64,000 bases of DNA, from contig CBDDIJ010000003.1 of the NCBI GenBank assembly GCA_965228855.1, positions 800,001 through 864,000 on the forward strand. The letters are read 5' to 3'. The position numbers and the translations under genes are program-made. Source of the DNA: Candidatus Obscuribacterales bacterium. GTDB taxonomy: Bacteria > Cyanobacteriota > Vampirovibrionia > Obscuribacterales > Obscuribacteraceae. This document shows, piece after piece, positions 59,001-64,000 of the stretch (the stretch's first letter is position 1; each line of letters starts with the position of its first letter). The notes under the pieces were generated by a model. The model did no database searches. It worked only from the letters and a program-made list of their open reading frames with translations, and had not been told where the DNA came from.

Positions 59001-59896
59001 TTGCCTGAGGCGGAAATCAAGCCTGCATTGTTGATATCACGGTCCGCATGCAGCGACAGGTTTAGTTGTTCAGCACTGGTTCTGATTGTTGCTCCACTGT
59101 TATTCGTGATATCTCTCGCCGCAATTCTTGCCGTATCGAATTGTTTATCTGTTGAAAAGGCGTTGACAGAACCAAAGTTGATCAAGTCATTTGTGACTCG
59201 AATTCCGTCTGAATGTTTTGAGAAGTCACCACTAGCGGTGACAAACTCAGGAATTACCAGCTGATTGGCTCGGATGGTTTTGCCACCATCATTAATACTA
59301 TTGAGGCTGAATTCTCCTCCGACACCACGTCCGTTGGCGTCAATGTTAAGCCCCTGAGAACCTTCATTGAGTACTTGCTGCAGAGCGATGTACTCAGCGG
59401 CTGTTACGCGATCTCCGCTTGAGAGTGTTCTTTGCTCGCTCCCAACCTTGATGGAATGGGTTTCGCTGTCAATAAAGAGATTCTTGCCAAGAACGATCGA
59501 GCGATCGCTGGAGGTAAGGTCCAGTTCAATTCCGTTCACGACTGCTTTGGCGCGACCATTGTCGCGAATGAATGCCGATTGGTCGCTCAACTTCTGCAGT
59601 CGGTTTTCGATATGGGAATGTGTCGAGTTATTAGCTCCGAGTGTTTGCGCCGACGAGTTCTGTGAAATAGGAGAGTGCAGCGAGGGGACTGAATCAGTGA
59701 CCGGTCGAGCGATGACGTCGCGATGAATCATCCGGCGAATTTCGCGATTGCTCAAACCTGGATTTGCTTGCTGCATTTGACGCATAAGACCGGCGCCGTC
59801 GCCGGCGTGAGCTGCCTGTGACAGGCATACACTGCCGGCCAGCATGAGCACCGAAATCAAAGGACGAACGGGCGAACTCATTTTATTCATGAACAA
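56012..59896 (-). CDS. large secreted beta-helix-like adhesin/haemagglutinin-like protein
   Basis: Signal peptide; 1294 aa rich in G/S/T/N with GG.(I/V).(I/L) repeats; no C-terminal beta-barrel evident. Confidence 0.75.
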   Translation of the reverse strand: MFMNKMSSPVRPLISVLMLAGSVCLSQAAHAGDGAGLMRQMQQANPGLSNREIRRMIHRDVIARPVTDSVPSLHSPISQNSSAQTLGANNSTHSHIENRLQKLSDQSAFIRDNGRAKAVVNGIELDLTSSDRSIVLGKNLFIDSETHSIKVGSEQRTLSSGDRVTAAEYIALQQVLNEGSQGLNIDANGRGVGGEFSLNSINDGGKTIRANQLVIPEFVTASGDFSKHSDGIRVTNDLINFGSVNAFSTDKQFDTARIAARDITNNSGATIRTSAEQLNLSLHADRDINNAGLISASGNLEITAGRAINNTGSIISNQNITLGGTADSDLSVTNAGGTILAQNGAINIRSGDYSGTGNTTVYGGDLISRELNLFTGMGTTDVFVNQLTGVVNSTGSAAHVSANTDMLTIGTQCLVGDPTYYNTGDISLTGDITVGEKLAIIASSDILRAGLNNIRAVDANGVGQDITIIAGANIVSGTTPSTTVPGTAATGAVTIDGASATGGNISLSGINLRIESNGTNQDTAGGDITIAAYADSNGNKGIINLGAGLIDSSGVGENGRNGAINIIAGGNGTAITIGTAVISSGGTNSNGGVTIATAQPAFSSGTSMTFDTTGAITSGNTIVPSADINPAGGIQINQSITTVGGDVLIHGGTQVTLSSTVITDGTPGGGTINAGDISIISDSGRVLAQNLLRAQASPTADGGNITVRGHEDITKLTVIGAITAGKNGGDILIENSGTGGVFISGIVSEFGDKGSITINSSGLLEFGGGGVTLSSDGSGLSTDTQAGRISLSSANLMISGSTNISANESTPSLAQDAAVSISTTSGGISTNGSTLNIASSGDLNLDISTNAINANSSTTNGGTVSLSANSITNNQSTPLTPLVITANGANNGNGGSISYTDQSTKPTYLGVPSKTPKGEVAYLQLSAHAGPNNGNGGSVTVDVNGDLTVDVSAIDVASSAGAGAHNGGNITLKAGAAPSNKVGKLVVLGDLNVDGVNGGNSGTIQLSSAYTKAFTVGGTKTPKNGIQGSLSAAGGSIAIESGNGITLLAMNSINSANVSLEASGKGKISASKGVVLTGDNLRLVSDTGSISLNTQATTLDAFTNSSLTINNDSSNLGIPIGQNVTANGGVDITNTGNITYQTVRVLTKGSVNLVSENGGISSNSGSQIIATSGGITLQAKSTTTGSIWTANGGSMRTFGGKKAGNIVLAIGELPKKPTTPVPSEFTPPAEIIVVNNGKGQTYFGENPTAISSDGSAGPTTFTANDKKIILNNQSSTGQGIDFSGNNQIVTNSPI

Positions 59897-60050
59897 TACT
59901 CTTGGTTAACCAATCCGCAAGGAGCGAATTAGGGAAGTCGCGATGGGATGCCTGCGCGTCTCAAAAGAGTATCGTATTTCCGTCGCTTGGATATTAACAA
60001 AATTAAGCTTGCGGAAGACTGTTTTGCGCGACGACTGGAGGCATCTGGTT

Positions 60051-61187
60051 TCAAGCGACTAGATTTTTTCTTATACGACCGTTGCCCAGGTGCCAGATAG
60101 CCGCATCAGTTGCAAACTGGTGAAAGTTTACGACGGCAAGTGTCAATCCAAGTGCTTCGTCGTAACCGGTAAGATCGACGAGTGATACCACATGGGGCAA
60201 GATGACGTAAACCGCACATCCAACCAGCACCGCCTTGCCAAACCAGTTGATCGCCGGCCAGTCCACAAGCTGCTTTGAAATTGTTTTTGCACTTGCATCG
60301 ACCAGACCACGCTCACGAAGACTGTATGAGAGGTTCAGCGCCATGTACTGGCTTCCATGATACAGAGCCGGAATATAGAGCCAGAGCAGGACATTCATCG
60401 GTTTCTTGGTCAAACCGAGGGCTGCGATTGTTGCGAGCATCAAGAAGATTGGGGCTGGAAGCAATCTTTTATCGATAAACAGTTTGCGCACGATTGCGAA
60501 AACGAACACAACAGCCGAGATGCACATAAGCACCATGCTTACTTGTAAAACTGCCTGCGCTGCCAGGCTACCAGATGGTGCCATCCAAAAGGGTGTCGCA
60601 GCGCCGTAAAGAGTGTATGGCGAAAATGTTTCGTCGGTAAAGAAGCGAACTCCTGCGTGCAAGGAAAGCATTGTCATGAAAGCTCGAAAGCTCGCTTTTT
60701 CAAATCTGGAAACTGTGTATCCGCGCTTTTCGCAGTAAACCAGCGCAATGCCGTAGGTTTGCATCGCCCAGTGCCAGAAAGTGGTTACGAGGTAGACTGT
60801 GACCAGGACGCCTATGAGTTTCTGCATAAAAATTGCAAGCACGTACAGCGCGACGGCAGCGTATAGAAGTCTTGTTCTGTAAAACTTGAAAGCCTGCTGG
60901 TCGGACTCGCTGCCCCATAAACGGAAATAGGTCGCCACGTTGTGTGCATTGAAGAAAAGATGCTGAGAGACGATGATCACGGTCAGCAAGCCGATGTGGC
61001 GGGGGTCTGTCTTATCGAAGGGCAGTTCGCTTCCGAGAAGTAGTTGGTTGGCGAGGATCGCGAGCCAAACGGCTCCACCGGCGACGAAAAGATAATCGAG
61101 GACGGGATTCAGAACCCATGGTGACGGCTTGACGCCTTGAGGTGACGCGTCAGTCGACTGCTTAGTTGTGGCGGGATCGTTGGTCAA
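60051..61187 (-). CDS. polytopic membrane protein with conserved His motifs (paralogue of 61383-62600)
   Basis: PWVLNPVLD, HNVATY.R, WHWAMQTYG, HGSQY and NFHQFATDAAIW. Confidence 0.8.
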   Translation of the reverse strand: MTNDPATTKQSTDASPQGVKPSPWVLNPVLDYLFVAGGAVWLAILANQLLLGSELPFDKTDPRHIGLLTVIIVSQHLFFNAHNVATYFRLWGSESDQQAFKFYRTRLLYAAVALYVLAIFMQKLIGVLVTVYLVTTFWHWAMQTYGIALVYCEKRGYTVSRFEKASFRAFMTMLSLHAGVRFFTDETFSPYTLYGAATPFWMAPSGSLAAQAVLQVSMVLMCISAVVFVFAIVRKLFIDKRLLPAPIFLMLATIAALGLTKKPMNVLLWLYIPALYHGSQYMALNLSYSLRERGLVDASAKTISKQLVDWPAINWFGKAVLVGCAVYVILPHVVSLVDLTGYDEALGLTLAVVNFHQFATDAAIWHLGNGRIRKNLVA

Positions 61188-61382
61188 AATGTCGCCTGGT
61201 AAAGTTCAGCTCTCTATCCGTATGACTGCACCGGCATTCATTGCGGTTCAAGTATTGATCCGATTTGGGGGGTTGTTTTAACTCCTGTGCCCGTTTTTGA
61301 AAGATACCTTGCGCCTGGCTGAAAGTCTATTTTTTTCACGTCCACTTCACGCTGGCGAGATAAGGTTTTCGTATGGTCCCTT

Positions 61383-62600
61383 TTGGGGCATGATAAATGT
61401 GGGCTTTTTGTAGGCAAACGAATGGTCAGTAGCGCTTTTAACGACAACCGCGCCTTCCCGGAAATTCCGAGCGATAACGCCGACGCGAAACCCGCCGAGA
61501 AGGCTGATGCGCCATATCCGTGGGTAATCAGTCCGGTTCTCGATTTTGTGTTTATTTATGGTGGCGTTTTCTGGCTGATGTGCGTCATGCACGTGATGTT
61601 GTTCGGTTTTAATGCCGCGAATCTGGAAAATTTGAAATATCACGTCGGAGGACCGATAGATTGGGGCGTGTCGCAGTGGTGGGTGCTGATGGCGATGGTG
61701 ACGCCCGTCCTCATCAATAACACTCACACCTGGGCGACCTACATGCGGATCTATGGCTCTACAGAGGATCGGGAGCGATTCAAGTTCTACGGCCGGTATT
61801 TGATCTGGGCTCCGTTAATTTTGTTTGTATCGGCGCTAATTTATCCGCCGCTCCAGGGGTGGGTTGTCTATGTGCACATGGGTTGGGTCTTTCAGCATTA
61901 CACGTCGCAGACTTATGGCGTCGGTTTGATTTATTGCTATAAACGCAACTACGTCATGAGCGCTCGTGAGAAGCAAATCTACAAGCTATTGCTGGCGTCC
62001 ATATCGGGCTATGTGATCACGCAACTTGCATGTATGCGCGAAGCAGTGCCCGCCGATATGTGGGGCGTTCCACTACCGTTTCTCGGCTTGCCGCGCGAGA
62101 TACACACTGCGGCTGTTGGCTTTCTGATCGTGATGTCTGTGATGTTCACTGGCATGGTGATTGTTCACTACTTTAAACATAAGCGCATGATGCCGTTTCC
62201 AACATTGACCATGACGCTCGGTGTCGGGCTTCTCGGGATGGCGACTGATTATGGTAGTTTGATTGCCTGGCTCTGGGCTCCACCGTTCCTTCATGGAGCG
62301 CAGTATTGCCTGATTTCGCTATCATACTATTTGAAAGAAAAGGGACTACCGAACGGTTGGAGTTCTGCCGATATATCGAAGGCGTTGTTGACTAAGCCGG
62401 CGATCAAGTGGATGGCATGGGCGATTATCGGCGGCAATTTCATCTATGTTGTGATACCGCACATAATGGCGGACTTCGGATGGAGCTTCATGGCGATAGT
62501 TAGTGTTGTGCAGGGATGCGTAAACTTCCATCACTTCTTAACCGACGGCGCCATTTGGAAATTGCGTGACGCGAAAACACGGCAACTACTTATATCGTGA
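61383..62600 (+). CDS. polytopic membrane protein with conserved His motifs
   Basis: PWVISPVLD, HTWATYMR, QHYTSQTYG, HGAQY and NFHHFLTDGAIWKLR; start possibly 61422. Confidence 0.82.
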   Translation: MGHDKCGLFVGKRMVSSAFNDNRAFPEIPSDNADAKPAEKADAPYPWVISPVLDFVFIYGGVFWLMCVMHVMLFGFNAANLENLKYHVGGPIDWGVSQWWVLMAMVTPVLINNTHTWATYMRIYGSTEDRERFKFYGRYLIWAPLILFVSALIYPPLQGWVVYVHMGWVFQHYTSQTYGVGLIYCYKRNYVMSAREKQIYKLLLASISGYVITQLACMREAVPADMWGVPLPFLGLPREIHTAAVGFLIVMSVMFTGMVIVHYFKHKRMMPFPTLTMTLGVGLLGMATDYGSLIAWLWAPPFLHGAQYCLISLSYYLKEKGLPNGWSSADISKALLTKPAIKWMAWAIIGGNFIYVVIPHIMADFGWSFMAIVSVVQGCVNFHHFLTDGAIWKLRDAKTRQLLIS

Positions 62601-63286
62601 CGACTTCTGTAAGAAATAAGGATACCTCGACACTGAAGGACTATCTGCAACTTCCGTTGATAGCTGTTTTCGTCGTAGCGTCCGTTGGAATGGTAGTCCC
62701 CGAAGTAATCGACTACATGCTCGACGAAAAGGCAAAGTCGTGGCCGACAGTCAATGCTTTGATTACAAAATTTGAGGCACCGATTACGGTATCACTGAAG
62801 GATCCATATTTTGATTGTCAGATTGAGTATAAATATACGATTGGCGATAAGGAATATTCAGGTGCTCGCCTATCCTACAGCAAGCGCAGTCCGCAGTTAG
62901 GATACGACATGGGCAGATTCGAGGAGAATCACAAACCGGGCGTCGAGGTCCCGGTTCATGTAGAGCCTGGTAATCCAGCTAATTCCGTCATGGAGCCTGT
63001 TGAGAATCCGGTAAACGTGATCTGTCACCTTATAGCCGTGGCTGTATTTTTTTCGATTGTTTATTTCGCTGCTTATCCGGTGATCGAAGAGGTTGCAGTT
63101 TCAAATCCAGAGGATGAAACGCTTGATACCGTTGTCGGTGGCACCACTGGCAGCGGTGATGACGAGAACCAGAGAGACAGTGGTGAATCAGGCGGTGTTG
63201 ATAAAGAGTCTAGCGGTAGCGGTGGTGGAACTGGAACTGGTGTCACCGGTGATGGCGGTGATGTTACTGCCGAAAGTCAGAACTGA
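62597..63286 (+). CDS. DUF3592-like membrane protein with acidic Gly/Ser tail
   Basis: AKSWPTV.A.I, IEYKYTIGDKEYSG and V.VHV.PGNP.NSV; GTGA overlap with the upstream gene. Confidence 0.75.
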   Translation: MTTSVRNKDTSTLKDYLQLPLIAVFVVASVGMVVPEVIDYMLDEKAKSWPTVNALITKFEAPITVSLKDPYFDCQIEYKYTIGDKEYSGARLSYSKRSPQLGYDMGRFEENHKPGVEVPVHVEPGNPANSVMEPVENPVNVICHLIAVAVFFSIVYFAAYPVIEEVAVSNPEDETLDTVVGGTTGSGDDENQRDSGESGGVDKESSGSGGGTGTGVTGDGGDVTAESQN

Positions 63287-63990
63287 CTAACACCCGAGCC
63301 GTCTTCGTCTATAAGCAGTTTTGCACTGCCTCCGCATCTCATATTTATTTGTTCTGCCAATAATTCTGCATCGACCGGTAAAAAGATTTCAGGAATTTTC
63401 AGCAGCTCGTTATCTCTGTTAAAAGGACTGTAGAACTTCTCAGCACGTAGCAATAGAAGGGTTTCAGGATCTTGCATTTTGCCGTCGAGAACTTTGGATA
63501 CGAATTGATCAATTTTGTCTGAGTCGATCAAATTCACGCAAACGTAGGTCCCCAACTGTTTTTTTACGCGAGCGCTCCTAATGCATTTCCATGGAACTTG
63601 CTCGAAATTTCTGTAGCGGAGCCTAGTGGTTAATCCCTGAACAGTTAGTTCGACGATCGGACGTGTTTCGCTCTCTGTTTTTGAGCGCACTCGACTTACA
63701 AGGAAGGCAGTGTAAACCATAGAAAGAACAATAGCCGAGAGAACGCAGACGAACAGGGTGCCATTTGGAATCGCTGCGTTTCTGTACAAATCGTGAAGGA
63801 GAGCCCACTGAACGAGATATGCTGCTCCGGAGAGTATTACGAAACCGAAGAACGAGCACTTGCGCAAATAGCGATAGTATCTCTCGCGGTTGTAATAAAG
63901 AGCCAGCGGACCAGCGGGATCTTCAAGGCTCAAACCATGGACGGAGTCGAAACTTGGCTCTAGAAAGACTTCGTTTGAATTTAGTGTCAT
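63277..63990 (-). CDS. hypothetical protein, two TM plus PH-like soluble domain
   Basis: Two hydrophobic segments then PIVELT.QGL...VPW..I. Confidence 0.6.
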   Translation of the reverse strand: MTLNSNEVFLEPSFDSVHGLSLEDPAGPLALYYNRERYYRYLRKCSFFGFVILSGAAYLVQWALLHDLYRNAAIPNGTLFVCVLSAIVLSMVYTAFLVSRVRSKTESETRPIVELTVQGLTTRLRYRNFEQVPWKCIRSARVKKQLGTYVCVNLIDSDKIDQFVSKVLDGKMQDPETLLLLRAEKFYSPFNRDNELLKIPEIFLPVDAELLAEQINMRCGGSAKLLIDEDGSGVSQF

Positions 63991-64000
63991 CCCAACAGTC

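Noticed and set aside
57546..59726. Long plus-strand ORFs opposite the adhesin
   Set aside because: Antisense shadows caused by the codon bias of a G/S/T/N-rich gene.
1..64000. CRISPR arrays, tRNA/rRNA, IS, integrase, prophage or defence island
   Set aside because: No regularly spaced repeats, cloverleaf signatures, transposase/integrase motifs or recognised defence genes seen by eye.

Overview
Gene-dense, ~50% GC bacterial chromosomal window with about 60 CDS on both strands. I recognised no rRNA, tRNA, CRISPR array, IS element or prophage. Cyanobacteria-like housekeeping genes (long-chain flavodoxin, cyanobacterial-type acyltransferase, ABM-membrane protein), no photosynthesis genes, and many lineage-specific secreted proteins suggest a non-photosynthetic cyanobacterial relative (Vampirovibrionia/Melainabacteria, Obscuribacterales-like); this is inference. 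Recognisable genes: MscS, flavodoxin, a stand-alone Zn-motif-free rpsD, HrpB, agmatinase, tandem USP, Dps, GlpT-type MFS, CzcA/CzcB-type RND, three Hsp20s, a calpain-like C2 protease, AKR, SDR and a 1294-aa beta-helix-like adhesin. Most notable: (1) a flavodoxin-rpsD-small Cys protein operon behind two Fur/Zur-like 7-1-7 boxes, next to a DUF5685-like protein with isoprenoid-synthase-like Asp motifs and a 25-Cys tail; (2) an Hsp20 triplet whose leader forms a fourU-type RNA thermometer and whose third member looks exported; (3) a DHH-like protein with permuted motif order; (4) a divergent pair of His-motif membrane paralogues; (5) recurring ECF-sigma-like promoters before small stress genes. 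All calls come from reading the sequence; no searches were run.
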